Notes under the pieces: model-generated
What the model saw: the letters and a program-made list of their open reading frames with translations, nothing else
Databases searched by the model: none
Told to the model about the DNA's origin: nothing
Origin: Candidatus Thorarchaeota archaeon
GTDB taxonomy: Archaea; Asgardarchaeota; Thorarchaeia; Thorarchaeales; Thorarchaeaceae
DNA: 64,000 bases
Assembly (NCBI GenBank): GCA_020348985.1
Contig: CP070761.1
Location: 3,065,494-3,129,493, forward strand
Direction: 5' to 3'
In this document: positions 28,482 to 38,683 of the stretch, piece after piece
How the letters are laid out: each line of letters starts with the position of its first letter
Position numbering within the stretch: the stretch's first letter is position 1
Translations under genes and position numbers: made by a program

Positions 28482-29756
28482 CTATGGCCTCCTCAAAATG
28501 AAGTTCGAAATACTAGTCCCAGTTCCTGCATGACTGTTGACTAGACCGGTCTGCGCGTCCGGCACATAGGTTCGTGCACTCAGATGTTTCTTTGGAGTCA
28601 TATCAGTTAGGTGGTAGTAGGTTTCGATTGCAGACATGAGCCCTGTCGCACCTACTGGATGTCCGTAGCCCATAAGACCCCCACCAGGATTGGCAGGCAA
28701 ATCTCCACCGCCATCACTTTCTAGGAAAGTTCTCTTTTCACGAATGAACTCCTTGATGTTGTCCTTGTCACACCAGTGGAGAGCTTTGTATATCTGAGTC
28801 TCGGAGCTACTGAATGCATCGTGAATTTCTGCGACGTCTATCTCCTTCACTGCTCTTTTGTACTCGATACCAGCCATGTCATATGCATCCTCGCCAGATT
28901 TCCTACACGCAGCAAACTCGGTCATGTCTGGATATCCTTCGCCGTAGAGCTTTGTCCATCCAGGGAAGTGCAATCTGTCTCCAGCTCTGATGGTGCAGCT
29001 GCTTAATCCTGCTCCGTCTATGACCACGTACCTACCATCTGCATGCTTCTTGGCCCACTCTTCAGAGGTGACCAATGTGAAAGCACCACCACGGCTCATG
29101 AGGCAGCAATCGTATCTCTTCAGAGGATAGCTTATCAACCGGCTGTTCATAATGTCATCCACAGTCAGAGGCCGACCGTACTTCTTGTATTCGCCTCTAT
29201 ACCACTGAGTCTTTGCGTTGTTCGCGGCGTTGTTCCTATTCTTCAGGGCAGCTAGAGCAAAATCCTCCTCTGTGAGGTCATGCTCCTTCATGAATTTGTA
29301 AGCCATCGCTGCGTAGTATATGGGGTATATCCCACCAGCGAGTGCCTCGTATCGAGTGTCAGATGCCAGGGCGATAAACTCGGATCCTTGTGACTGTGTC
29401 ACATTATCCATTGTTTCCCAACCTGCGACACCTACCACATCGAAGAGACCGGACTTCACTGCAAGAAACGCACCATAAAGAGCGGAACCCCCAGTATTCC
29501 CTCCGTTCTCAATTCGCACATGTGGAAGACCAACAAGCCCCAGATGGTCGTGAACAATCCATTCTGGAGTGAGTTGCTTCCCAAAGTGCACTGAGAAGTG
29601 ACTATAAACCATGAACTGAAGGTCACGAAGATGAAAATCAGGAATGTCGCCCTGTGTTTCCACAACGCAATTGGCGATCATCGCTTCAGGTGTGATATGC
29701 ATGGGATAGTCAAAGGGTGTGGCAGCACCGCCCGCTATACACACTCTTCTCGTCAT
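28482..29756 (-). CDS. Thiolase-fold protein lacking the N-terminal catalytic Cys
   Basis: RIENGGNTGG at the EAACASG position; GWETM, DCCLMSRGG, EIHDAFS, NPGGGL..GHPVGATG. Confidence 0.88.
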   Translation of the reverse strand: MTRRVCIAGGAATPFDYPMHITPEAMIANCVVETQGDIPDFHLRDLQFMVYSHFSVHFGKQLTPEWIVHDHLGLVGLPHVRIENGGNTGGSALYGAFLAVKSGLFDVVGVAGWETMDNVTQSQGSEFIALASDTRYEALAGGIYPIYYAAMAYKFMKEHDLTEEDFALAALKNRNNAANNAKTQWYRGEYKKYGRPLTVDDIMNSRLISYPLKRYDCCLMSRGGAFTLVTSEEWAKKHADGRYVVIDGAGLSSCTIRAGDRLHFPGWTKLYGEGYPDMTEFAACRKSGEDAYDMAGIEYKRAVKEIDVAEIHDAFSSSETQIYKALHWCDKDNIKEFIREKRTFLESDGGGDLPANPGGGLMGYGHPVGATGLMSAIETYYHLTDMTPKKHLSARTYVPDAQTGLVNSHAGTGTSISNFILRRP

Positions 29757-29847
29757 AATAGATCTCTCTAATCAAGTGGTTTACTCTGACGAGGGGGCCC
29801 CTCTTGACGCTACTTATGTTCTTCGGGTGACAGTTGATTCAGTCTGT

Positions 29848-30519
29848 TCAATTCCTTCTGATTAACAATTCTCGCCGGAGCAAAACCAATACAACTGCCA
29901 ATGACCCAATCAAACTACTCATGTGCAAGACGATGCTTAGGTTTGGATGCGGTCTACGGGAGATCTCCTGGTAGAATGCATCCGTATCCCTTTGGAATAC
30001 GACCATCATGACTTCGTAAGAAAGGACGTTTAGCATTCCATCAGTCTTGGAGTATTCAACATCTCCCCTGTTAAGATGACCTAGGGCATGTGAACTCTCC
30101 CAGGAAAAGCCCCAGAATTCAGGCGTATCATTCACCCCTTCCGTCCTGATCCTAGTGAAGACCTCAGTGATAAGAGTCCAGTTACCGACTGGAAGAATCC
30201 AACTGGGCAAGAGATTAGAAATCAGCATTCCATGAAAGGACGGGTCAAACTCTGTACCATTCTTCCAGAAGTACTGAATCTCCAGCGACAAAATCTCGGT
30301 ATCCCATGATTGGTCTGCAAGATTCTCTAGATCGGAGACTATGACGTAGAACTCCTCCTCCAAAACTGTGGTCCCATCTGCCTCCATTGAGATTGTGTAG
30401 TCAGCCCGAGAACCCACGCTAACTCCCCACTTGAGTCCATGAGTGTCGGCTTCCACTGGAAACACGAATATGGAACACAGTATGAGCACCAAAAATACCG
30501 ATTTCGAATTCATGTCCAC
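29848..30519 (-). CDS. Exported hypothetical protein with C-terminal TM
   Basis: Signal peptide; GLKWGV, LPVGNWTL, YSKTDGML; hydrophobic C-terminus followed by RR. Confidence 0.7.
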   Translation of the reverse strand: MDMNSKSVFLVLILCSIFVFPVEADTHGLKWGVSVGSRADYTISMEADGTTVLEEEFYVIVSDLENLADQSWDTEILSLEIQYFWKNGTEFDPSFHGMLISNLLPSWILPVGNWTLITEVFTRIRTEGVNDTPEFWGFSWESSHALGHLNRGDVEYSKTDGMLNVLSYEVMMVVFQRDTDAFYQEISRRPHPNLSIVLHMSSLIGSLAVVLVLLRRELLIRRN

Positions 30520-30682
30520 CCGCTCTAGTTCCTCTTAGCAAACCTCCTTCTCTGAACAGAGACAAAGAGCTAACATGTAGATAACACTTTTGTCGTTTTT
30601 CGACGGACAAACGCTTTGGTAAGAAGATGATGCTTCAACACAACCCTCCCAGCTTAAATCGAAGTGGTCTCTACAATGTTAG

Positions 30683-31294
30683 GTGGCGAAAGTTGTGATT
30701 GCTGAGTTGAATATCGTTCTGTTACTAGCCTTTGTTTTGATAATGTCGTACTTCTATGTGAAGAGTGTAGGACCGGCCGCTCTTGAACAGGAGATCGGTG
30801 AAGTGGCTTACAAGAAATGTGAGCAATATAGGGTGATTGCAAGCATTCCGTTCTATCTTATAGTACTCAATTACTTAGTCTACTTCCTTTATCCACTCTC
30901 AATTCCTCTACCGAGGCACTTCCCGTGGGACTATAATCTGACAGCAACAGCAGCGACCGCGATTCTGATTCCCAGTCTCTACCTAATGCTCCGTGGTGTC
31001 AAAGATGCAGGGAGGGAAACAATATCGCCACGGAAGGAGCATTCTCTCTACGGCGGTATATATGAAACAATCAGACACCCCCAGGCCCTAGGAGAAGTCT
31101 GGCTCTATCTTGTCATTGCGCTCTTTCTCAACTCCCCATTCCTCACACTGTTCTCCTTGATCTTCTTCCCGTTGTTCTATTACTTCTCACTCAAAGAAGA
31201 AGACGATCTCGTTATTCGATATGGCCAAACCTATGTTGACTACAAAGAGAAAACGGGGATGTTCCTACCAAAGCGAAAAACAGAAACTGACTAG
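30683..31294 (+). CDS. ICMT/Ste14/PEMT-family integral membrane methyltransferase
   Basis: GGIYETIRHPQ, EEDDL..RYG..Y.DY. Confidence 0.85.
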   Translation: MAKVVIAELNIVLLLAFVLIMSYFYVKSVGPAALEQEIGEVAYKKCEQYRVIASIPFYLIVLNYLVYFLYPLSIPLPRHFPWDYNLTATAATAILIPSLYLMLRGVKDAGRETISPRKEHSLYGGIYETIRHPQALGEVWLYLVIALFLNSPFLTLFSLIFFPLFYYFSLKEEDDLVIRYGQTYVDYKEKTGMFLPKRKTETD

Positions 31295-31355
31295 CGAAGA
31301 GGAACCGCTATTCTTAAGTTGCACCGACTCTTCGTCAGATGTTTGGTGATGTGTT

Positions 31356-31709
31356 ATGGTCTATTGCGAACATTGTGGTGCACAGAGCGATGACAGCATG
31401 AACTACTGTGGCAACTGTGGGGCTGAGCTCCGTAAGCCACCCCCACCTGCGGCAGTCTCACCGCCGTCTACACCCGACAGGCAACGCCGACTCCAAAGGA
31501 GACCTGAGAATGAGTGTTTTGGAGTTCCAGGAGGAGGTGTGATCTGCTGGTCACTAGTCGGCATCGTAATGATCACATCCGCTATTGGGTGGATGATCGG
31601 GATGGATTTCACGTCATTTTGGAACAACTATTTCGGCGCAATAATCGTTGCTACTATTGGATTCATGATAATCGCAGGCTCCATTATCGACTATCGACGC
31701 CGTCACTGA
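31356..31709 (+). CDS. Zinc-ribbon protein with two C-terminal TM helices
   Basis: YCEHCG...YCGNCG, Pro-rich linker, 2 TM. Confidence 0.8.
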   Translation: MVYCEHCGAQSDDSMNYCGNCGAELRKPPPPAAVSPPSTPDRQRRLQRRPENECFGVPGGGVICWSLVGIVMITSAIGWMIGMDFTSFWNNYFGAIIVATIGFMIIAGSIIDYRRRH

Positions 31710-31764
31710 AGATTTGTGACTGAAGCATAATCCCCGAATCCTAACCGAGTTGATATCATAGAAT

Positions 31765-33189
31765 CTAGAAGTATCCTCGGAGCAATGCAAGGACACCTTG
31801 GCGTGCCATGTATCTGTAGGCCTTTCTCTTTATCATGTTACTCGAGAAAACGCCCATGATTCGTCTCTTCATAGACCCATAGAAGCTTCGATAGCAACTG
31901 TAGAGCTCCTCTTGCACTTCATCACAGGTAAGATACTCGGTGGGCATTATCGCGTGTATCATATCGTAGTGAGCCCAGTTGGTGTCCTCAATCCAGTTGT
32001 TTTGAACGGCTTCTTCGTAGAGCTCTGTACCTGGAAAAGGAGTGAGTGTCATGAAAATGGCTATGTCAGGGTCAATATCGTTCACCCACGCGCGAAGTCC
32101 GTTTAGCGATTCGTGTGATTCGTGACGCGCACCGATGATTAGCGTGGCTTGCGCGAAGATGTCATTCTCTCTTAGTAGTTGCATGGCCTTTTTCGATACG
32201 GAAGGCTCTATTCTCTTATTGAACGATTTTAGAGTCTCCGGATTGTGGCTCTCTACACCTGCGAGAATCCACATATTGCCTGACTCCCTCATTTTTGAAA
32301 GAAGAGCTTGGTTCCTCACGATGTCATCGCATCGAGCTTGCATGAACCACATAATGTCCTCGGCAATGCCCCGGCCGATAATTTCATCGCACAGCTCGTG
32401 TGTTCGAGACCCAAGTCCGAAGTTGTCATCGGTAAGCCAGAAGAACTTCGTTCCGTACCTATTGTGGCAGAACTCAAACTCGTCGGCGATGCGCTTTGGT
32501 GACTTGGACCTCCATGTTCCCTTCCAGAAACTGGCCTGAGAGCAGAACCTACATTTGTGTGGGCATCCTCTTGAGCCCTCTATCAGCGCAAATGGTGTGT
32601 TTGCACCAGCCATCATCGTAAAGTGATACTTCTTCATGTGTTCTTCCACGAAATCATAGCCAGGAAATGGCAATTGGTCTAGATTATGAAGCGGTGCGCG
32701 ATCGGCAGTAGCCACAATGCTTCCATAGTTTCTATAGGTGATTCCGAGGACATCTGAAAGATTCATCCTTCCTTCTAAAGCCCTAATCACTTCGGTGAGC
32801 GTAACCTCTCCCTCACCCCTAACAACAATGTCAATCTCTGGATATGCTTCAAGGGCTTCCCTTGCGAGCGCCGTATAGTGTTGACCTCCAACAATTGTAA
32901 TGATCTCAGGATCCACGCTCTTCGCGGTCCAAACAGTACGCAGGCCAGCATACGCATTGCAGGTTGCCAGTGCACTTGGTGCCACAACATCGGGACGAAA
33001 TGAGTCAATCCGTTTCTCTATTCCATACCATCCAATACTCTCAGATTGGCAATCCAGAACTTCTATCTCCAGCTCCTGGTCTTGCGAATAGAGATAGGCT
33101 GCCAGATTGAGTATTCCAAGAGGAGGAGGGAGATACTCACCCATCACAAACCAGAATTCCTTTGGTGGTTCGACAAACAGGATTCTCAT
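31765..33189 (-). CDS. B12-binding radical SAM protein
   Basis: PPLGILNLAA, VGGQH, RGEGE, SRGCPHKCRFC, DDNF, TPFPGT. Confidence 0.93.
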   Translation of the reverse strand: MRILFVEPPKEFWFVMGEYLPPPLGILNLAAYLYSQDQELEIEVLDCQSESIGWYGIEKRIDSFRPDVVAPSALATCNAYAGLRTVWTAKSVDPEIITIVGGQHYTALAREALEAYPEIDIVVRGEGEVTLTEVIRALEGRMNLSDVLGITYRNYGSIVATADRAPLHNLDQLPFPGYDFVEEHMKKYHFTMMAGANTPFALIEGSRGCPHKCRFCSQASFWKGTWRSKSPKRIADEFEFCHNRYGTKFFWLTDDNFGLGSRTHELCDEIIGRGIAEDIMWFMQARCDDIVRNQALLSKMRESGNMWILAGVESHNPETLKSFNKRIEPSVSKKAMQLLRENDIFAQATLIIGARHESHESLNGLRAWVNDIDPDIAIFMTLTPFPGTELYEEAVQNNWIEDTNWAHYDMIHAIMPTEYLTCDEVQEELYSCYRSFYGSMKRRIMGVFSSNMIKRKAYRYMARQGVLALLRGYF

Positions 33190-33243
33190 TCCACACCCTC
33201 AGCTGCAAAAGAGAGCGATTTGTGGGCGAAGCAAATCGTAGGG

Positions 33244-33257
33244 AGGCGTTAACGCCT
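33244..33257. promoter_or_regulatory. Perfect 14-bp palindrome upstream of the radical SAM gene (candidate operator)
   Basis: aggcgttaacgcct, about 55 bp before ATG 33189. Confidence 0.35.
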
Positions 33258-33694
33258 ACTTAACAACTTCGACAAGATGAGGGCTTAAGGATAGATCTGG
33301 ATGTCCGAAATGTTATTGGATTCTGCATAGGCTCGAGCATCGTCTTCATATTGACACACTTGGGTCACACCAAACTAGGGAAGTAGCATGGCACCTTCTT
33401 GTTCTATCTCAATCATGGGTCGTGCAATCTTCGGATGATTTCTACGCATAGCCTTTCTTCATCCGATATTTCCATGGCTTCTTCTCAGTTGCACTTTCTT
33501 TGAGATTTTCACAGACAGATTTCAACGTTAGATGTGTGGTTTTGTACTCGCACTAAACCGAAAACATGGTTTGTGTAACACACCGAGTTCGTTAGATTTA
33601 TATGCAAGAGAAACTATCATCTCTCAGTCAAGGCTCAATGTCTTGATGTCAAACGTGGTTGTTTAGGGCCAGGGGCCCAATCTGAATTCGACTC

Positions 33695-33720
33695 GGCACC
33701 ATATCTACAGATATAGTGCC
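33695..33720. promoter_or_regulatory. 26-bp inverted repeat upstream of the GNAT-like gene (candidate operator or hairpin)
   Basis: ggcacCatatct-ac-agatatAgtgcc (11/12 pairs), followed by SD-like aggtga. Confidence 0.35.
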
Positions 33721-33737
33721 AACCAGGTGATGTGATA

Positions 33738-34679
33738 ATGAAAGTGGTATATCGGAACTACGAGCCAGATCAGGGACTTGATGAGATACAAGCCGAAATC
33801 TATACTTCTATGTCAGGACTACCCGCCAGAGCGGATCAAATCAGAGGCCGTAATACAAGCAGAGCTCCGGAAATGACTCGCTATGCATTTACGGAAGATG
33901 GTAAACCTCTGGCATTCATTACCGCCCGGGACTCAACATCAGACACAGGAAGGACCTACATTGGGTATCCTTGGGCTTTTCCGGAGTGTCCCGAGGAAGT
34001 GCGGGAGAAACTCTTCAGCGAGCACATGAAATTCCTGAAGGAGAGAGAGGAAACCAAGGAAATCGGAGTAACGGTAGTTAGTACCTGCAAGATTGCAGAG
34101 CAACAGCTCACCTACTTGCAGGGCAAGGGTTTCACAGAAGAAGACCGCTTTTACTACTTCGACAAGGATTTGGACGTTAGAGAGGTAAGTAAGTGGAAAC
34201 TCTCCAAGAATGCGGCATCTTATGAAAGCCGATTGGCCAATCAGAAGGATATTGATACTCTTATCGAGTTGAGTATGTCAGACCCGTATTTGAAGAATGC
34301 ATTTCCAAGTGAAGAGGCGTCAAGGATCTACTTCGAAGAGAGAGTTCTCAAAGAGGGGCATGCAATGCTAATCTTCAATGGCGACAAGCCAGTTGCGGCA
34401 GGTGCCTTGTTGCGAATGCAGCCGAATGGTTTGTTCCTCAGGGGCGACGAAGAGAGAATCGTAATGAGGTTCACGGCCAACAATCCAGAATACTCTGATG
34501 CATGGAATAGGCTTGTGTACGAGCTGGCCAAGGAGGCCAAGGCTGCAGGATGGTCTGAAGTGCCGCTTAGAGTCAGTTTCTACTTCCGCACTAGAGATCC
34601 TAACGCGGCCCGAATGTCAGGTTTGCAAGAGGAAATCGTCGAGTTCGAGAAAATCTTAGTCTATCAAGGGCAGAAGTGA
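33738..34679 (+). CDS. Hypothetical protein, probable tandem GNAT-fold
   Basis: YRNYEP..., KGF.E, RLANQKDIDTL pattern suggests two GNAT-like halves. Confidence 0.6.
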   Translation: MKVVYRNYEPDQGLDEIQAEIYTSMSGLPARADQIRGRNTSRAPEMTRYAFTEDGKPLAFITARDSTSDTGRTYIGYPWAFPECPEEVREKLFSEHMKFLKEREETKEIGVTVVSTCKIAEQQLTYLQGKGFTEEDRFYYFDKDLDVREVSKWKLSKNAASYESRLANQKDIDTLIELSMSDPYLKNAFPSEEASRIYFEERVLKEGHAMLIFNGDKPVAAGALLRMQPNGLFLRGDEERIVMRFTANNPEYSDAWNRLVYELAKEAKAAGWSEVPLRVSFYFRTRDPNAARMSGLQEEIVEFEKILVYQGQK

Positions 34680-34710
34680 ACTCATAGTCTTCCAGGAGGT
34701 GCTTCAAATC

Positions 34711-35337
34711 ATGGCAAAGCCGGCGGAGAAGAGTGTGATTGGGATAGTGGGAAGCCCACGTGTACGTGGTAATACGGATCTTCTCGTTGAAGAGATTCTG
34801 GCAGGGGCGGCAGAAGCTGGAGCAGAAACGGAAAAGATCATTCTGATTGACCATTCCATTGCCGCATGCAAGGCATGCAATGCCTGCAGAACGACTGGGA
34901 GCTGTGCTCATGATGATGACATGAGCTCAATATTGGATCGAATGGACAAGAGCAACGTATGGGTTCTGGGAACTCCGATCTATTGGTGGGGACCAACAGC
35001 CCAATTCAAGACATTTATTGATCGATGGTACGGCGCAAAACACCCGCGATTCCAGGAGAAACGTGTTATCCTCGCGATACCTTTGGGTGGGGGGCATGAG
35101 CGTTACGCCCGACACGTAGTTGGAATGCTGCAGGACACAATGAACTATCTTGGGATGGAACATCACGGGACTATACTTGCACCGGGTATGAACAATAAGG
35201 GTGAGGTCCAAGAACATGTTAAGCTGATGGCCGAGGCACGTCGTCTTGGTCGTTCAGCATTTGATTCTGACGAGGTAGGTCTCCCAACTACAGAGCTGAC
35301 TGCAGATTCAGGTCTGTCAGCAAACGACGTTCACTAG
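34711..35337 (+). CDS. Flavodoxin-family iron-sulfur flavoprotein (NADPH-dependent FMN reductase-like)
   Basis: GSPRVRGNT, CKACNAC...C, GTPIYW, KTFIDR. Confidence 0.92.
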   Translation: MAKPAEKSVIGIVGSPRVRGNTDLLVEEILAGAAEAGAETEKIILIDHSIAACKACNACRTTGSCAHDDDMSSILDRMDKSNVWVLGTPIYWWGPTAQFKTFIDRWYGAKHPRFQEKRVILAIPLGGGHERYARHVVGMLQDTMNYLGMEHHGTILAPGMNNKGEVQEHVKLMAEARRLGRSAFDSDEVGLPTTELTADSGLSANDVH

Positions 35338-35572
35338 AGTCATTTTGGATTGATACTAGAAAGGTTTCCAGTCTTCGTGTTGGACCAGCTATCAGTTCTA
35401 TTCAATCCCTGTAGCTGCCTTCTCTATATTTCCCATCTAATGAACCGTTCACTCTAAAAAGGGAATCAAGAAAGAGAACTTGATTCAAGAGCCATGCGCT
35501 GACAATATATATCATCTACAGGTCCTCAGGATTCTGAGCGCCCGGACTTTGAGTCAAGATGGAGGGCCCACC

Positions 35573-37183
35573 ATGCAGGGAGAGAGAGACCCCTCACATG
35601 AACGTAAAGTGTTCCGCCTCTTGGCAGAGGCTGCGCTTAGGCCAAGCTGCACGCGGGATGTGTGCCATCAAGTCTTGGATGGAATGGTAACATCAATGGA
35701 ATTTGATTTTGGGACACTACGGTTCTACGACGAGAACACTGAAGTCCTCAATTTGCAGGCAGTAGTTGGTCTTGAAATGGACTCTGTGTCCAAAACCGTC
35801 CGACTTGATGACAAGGATCATTTGGGGGCCAGGGTATCCAGAACAAAAATCCCAATCTTCGCTTCTGACGTGAGCAAGATGCCCGAACTCGACGCGAGGA
35901 GAGACATCCTCGATTCATTGGAGGTGAGGTCTCTAATCTTCTGGCCGATTGTGGGGAGCCTAGGCGATTTGCTGGGAGTTCTCAATATCGCATCTAGATC
36001 TCCGAAGAATCTATCGGATCAAGATCGAGGATACTTTGAAACAGTCGCACGGATGTTCGCTGCAGTTCTTGAGAGGCATCGAGCAATTGAAGCGCTACAA
36101 AGCAGCGAGGAGAGTTATCGCTTACTTGCTGAAGCGTCGAAGGACGTCATTTGGACAGTTGACATGAATCTGCAATTCACGTATCTTAGTCCATCAATCA
36201 CGCACCTTGTAGGGTATACGCCTGAAGAAGCATTGGCCACACCAATGACAGAATTGATGACGCCGAAATCGCTAAAGCACATTCAGGATGCAATGACAGA
36301 AGCTATTGAGTTGGAGTCCCGCTTTGGCAAAGATGGGTATGATTCGCCACCTTTGGAAGTCCAGATGTTGAAGAAAGATGGTTCAACAGTCTGGGTTGAG
36401 ATATCAAGGACATTCCTTCGAGATGAGAATGATCGCCCTATCGGTGTTCTCGGCGTCGCAAGGGACGTTACGAGAAGGAAATTCGTCGAGATGGAATTGA
36501 AAAGAGAGAAGGGCAGAGCAGAGTTTTACAACGACCTTCTAGCACACGATCTAGCGAATATCCAACAAGGAATAATGGCAAGTCTCGAGCTTCTATTTGA
36601 GGAGGCAATGCCAAAGCACTTGGAACGCTTCGTGTCAAGCGCCCTTTCATTAACCAAACGGGGAGTCAAGTTGACGTCGAACGTGAAGAAGCTGGCCATG
36701 TTGTCTAGAGAGGAGGCTCAGCTACACAAACTCAATTTTGGAGCCCAAGTCTCGGCAGCAGCTGACATGGTATTGGAGTCGTTTCCCGAGAAGAGAGTGG
36801 ATATTCGATTCCACTCTGCTTCTGACAACCTTTACGTAATGGCTGACGAGTTCCTAGTCGATGTCTTCTACAACCTACTTCACAATTCCGTTAGGCTTGA
36901 CAATGGATCACCTGTAGTTGTCGAAATACGAGCCAGCAACCCAGATGAGCGCGGCCTGATTACTATTGAAGTCGAAGACAGAGGACCTGGGATTCGAGAT
37001 GCACTCAAAGAATCTGTCTTTGCTCGTATAGGCGAGGAGGAGAGGAGAGGGAGAGGACTAGGTCTGACTCTAGTGAAGCAGATTATCGAGCGGTACAAAG
37101 GAATGATTGCAATAGAAGACAGGGTCAAAGATGATTACACCCAAGGCACAAGATTCGTTATCTCCTTGCCTAGCGCTCCTTGA
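35573..37183 (+). CDS. Cytoplasmic GAF-PAS sensor histidine kinase
   Basis: GAF; PAS/PAC (YLSPS...GYTPEE, KDGS.VWVE, RDVT); H-box LAHDLAN; N-box NLLHNS; VEDRGPGI; GLGLTLV. Confidence 0.92.
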   Translation: MQGERDPSHERKVFRLLAEAALRPSCTRDVCHQVLDGMVTSMEFDFGTLRFYDENTEVLNLQAVVGLEMDSVSKTVRLDDKDHLGARVSRTKIPIFASDVSKMPELDARRDILDSLEVRSLIFWPIVGSLGDLLGVLNIASRSPKNLSDQDRGYFETVARMFAAVLERHRAIEALQSSEESYRLLAEASKDVIWTVDMNLQFTYLSPSITHLVGYTPEEALATPMTELMTPKSLKHIQDAMTEAIELESRFGKDGYDSPPLEVQMLKKDGSTVWVEISRTFLRDENDRPIGVLGVARDVTRRKFVEMELKREKGRAEFYNDLLAHDLANIQQGIMASLELLFEEAMPKHLERFVSSALSLTKRGVKLTSNVKKLAMLSREEAQLHKLNFGAQVSAAADMVLESFPEKRVDIRFHSASDNLYVMADEFLVDVFYNLLHNSVRLDNGSPVVVEIRASNPDERGLITIEVEDRGPGIRDALKESVFARIGEEERRGRGLGLTLVKQIIERYKGMIAIEDRVKDDYTQGTRFVISLPSAP

Positions 37184-37242
37184 TCTATATAGCAATCAGT
37201 CTTCAGTACATTGGCGCCCACTGTTTTATATCATAAATGTAT

Positions 37243-37272
37243 CCGGCTTCGCGCCGGGAACCACGAAGCCGG
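37243..37272. terminator. GC-rich hairpin between convergent genes
   Basis: ccggcttcg...cgaagccgg 9-bp stem. Confidence 0.35.
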
Positions 37273-37421
37273 TAGTGAGGAAGAGAAAGTGATTTGCTAT
37301 CTTAAGTAGAGTCGTGAACTGAATTCGATCTCTTCTTCACAAATCAGTTCACCGCAAATGATTATCAGCAAGATATTAGTATAAAACAGCATTTCAACGC
37401 AAGAAGTTGCGTTGACCGAAG

Positions 37422-38573
37422 CTAGCCTTCAATCACGATTAATGGAACGAGCATTTCGTCTTCACTGGCTCCGCCGTGATGACCGACCAATCCAGGCATC
37501 TCGGATCCAGGGAAGAGACTGACCATGGCATAGTTCTCTTTGTATACCATGGCGTAGTCCCCAATTCGATTGTGAAGCCTAGGGTTTGGTTCATAGAGGC
37601 CAAACCAGTTTTCACGAACCAGTTCGTCACTTCTAAACAAATGGCAGGCATCGGATAGATTCTTGGAGACATATCTCTCGAAGTCATCTACTTTGAAGGG
37701 TCTTACATAGCAGAAAGATGTCCTTGTATCGCCGCAAATTGGGTGAGAGAGGCACTCCTCCAACTTTGGGTGTCCTTTGGTTGATAGGAAATTGTCCTTC
37801 TCCACGTCCACGAATCCATGATCACTCGTGATGACTAACGTAACGTTATGCTCGCCGAGCTTCTCCACGAATTCCCTCAACGCGTTGTCGAAAATGCCCA
37901 GGATTTCCTTAGCTTCATCGCTTTTGTTCCCGACAATATGGGAAACTTCGTCAAATGAAGGCCAGTAAGCATAGACGTATTTCCTGTTGTCACTTGAGCC
38001 TAGCACAGCCTCGATGCAAGTGAAGAGCCCCTCCATCTCAGAGTAGCCAACCCGTCCTCCATCTCCTGCCATGAATCTCGAAAACTCAGAATCTATTATA
38101 TTGGCTGTACTGATAATCGAGTATTCTCTTCTGGCAGAGTGAGTCAAAGGTCTCACATTAAGTACGTTGGAAATGTCTGTGCCAAGTGGATCATAGTTGA
38201 TAACGCTGCTGAACGGCATTATCCTTGACACAATGCCATACTCCCTTAGATACATCCACCAGCCAGTAACGGCATGCTGCTGAGGTGCCAGACCAGTCAT
38301 GTACGTCGTCACGGCCGACGAAGTGGAAGGAGGGAACACGGATGTGATTGATCCTTTGAGATTCTCCTTGAGAAATGTCCTAGACCCATTCTCAACGAGG
38401 TGCTTGTAACCAAGCCCATCCAGAATCAAGAGGACAATGGAGTCTGAATCATTGAGATTGGCCAGCGAGTCATGTTCCATCTCAACATAGGGGCTTTCTA
38501 CACCTGACGCTCTTAGAATTGAGCTCATCAGGTTAACGATGCTCCCACCGTTGAAATCAGGCTTGACGAGCAT
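37422..38573 (-). CDS. Alkaline phosphatase superfamily nucleotide pyrophosphatase/phosphodiesterase
   Basis: ILDGLG, SVFPPST, DEVSH, TSDHG, GHHGG..EDEMLVP. Confidence 0.9.
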   Translation of the reverse strand: MLVKPDFNGGSIVNLMSSILRASGVESPYVEMEHDSLANLNDSDSIVLLILDGLGYKHLVENGSRTFLKENLKGSITSVFPPSTSSAVTTYMTGLAPQQHAVTGWWMYLREYGIVSRIMPFSSVINYDPLGTDISNVLNVRPLTHSARREYSIISTANIIDSEFSRFMAGDGGRVGYSEMEGLFTCIEAVLGSSDNRKYVYAYWPSFDEVSHIVGNKSDEAKEILGIFDNALREFVEKLGEHNVTLVITSDHGFVDVEKDNFLSTKGHPKLEECLSHPICGDTRTSFCYVRPFKVDDFERYVSKNLSDACHLFRSDELVRENWFGLYEPNPRLHNRIGDYAMVYKENYAMVSLFPGSEMPGLVGHHGGASEDEMLVPLIVIEG

Positions 38574-38683
38574 GTGCTCTGATTGGGAACCATGCTTATA
38601 GTAGATTCCTATTTTGTGCCACGAGAATCGTATTGTTTATATGCAGTCACGTGATATGTAATACGTAACAGTATTACAAACCG

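Noticed and set aside
30683-31294. ICMT-like gene as evidence of CaaX prenylation
   Set aside because: The family is widespread in prokaryotes, and no prenyltransferase or CaaX-ending protein was seen in the window.
33680-33698. 19-nt near-match (atcYgaattcgactcggYa) to the reverse complement of ~56933-56951
   Set aside because: A 17/19 match is expected many times by chance in 64 kb. There are only two copies and no shared flanks.
37275-37322. Possible C/D-box sRNA (gtgagga ... ctga)
   Set aside because: No convincing D'/C' boxes or terminal stem.
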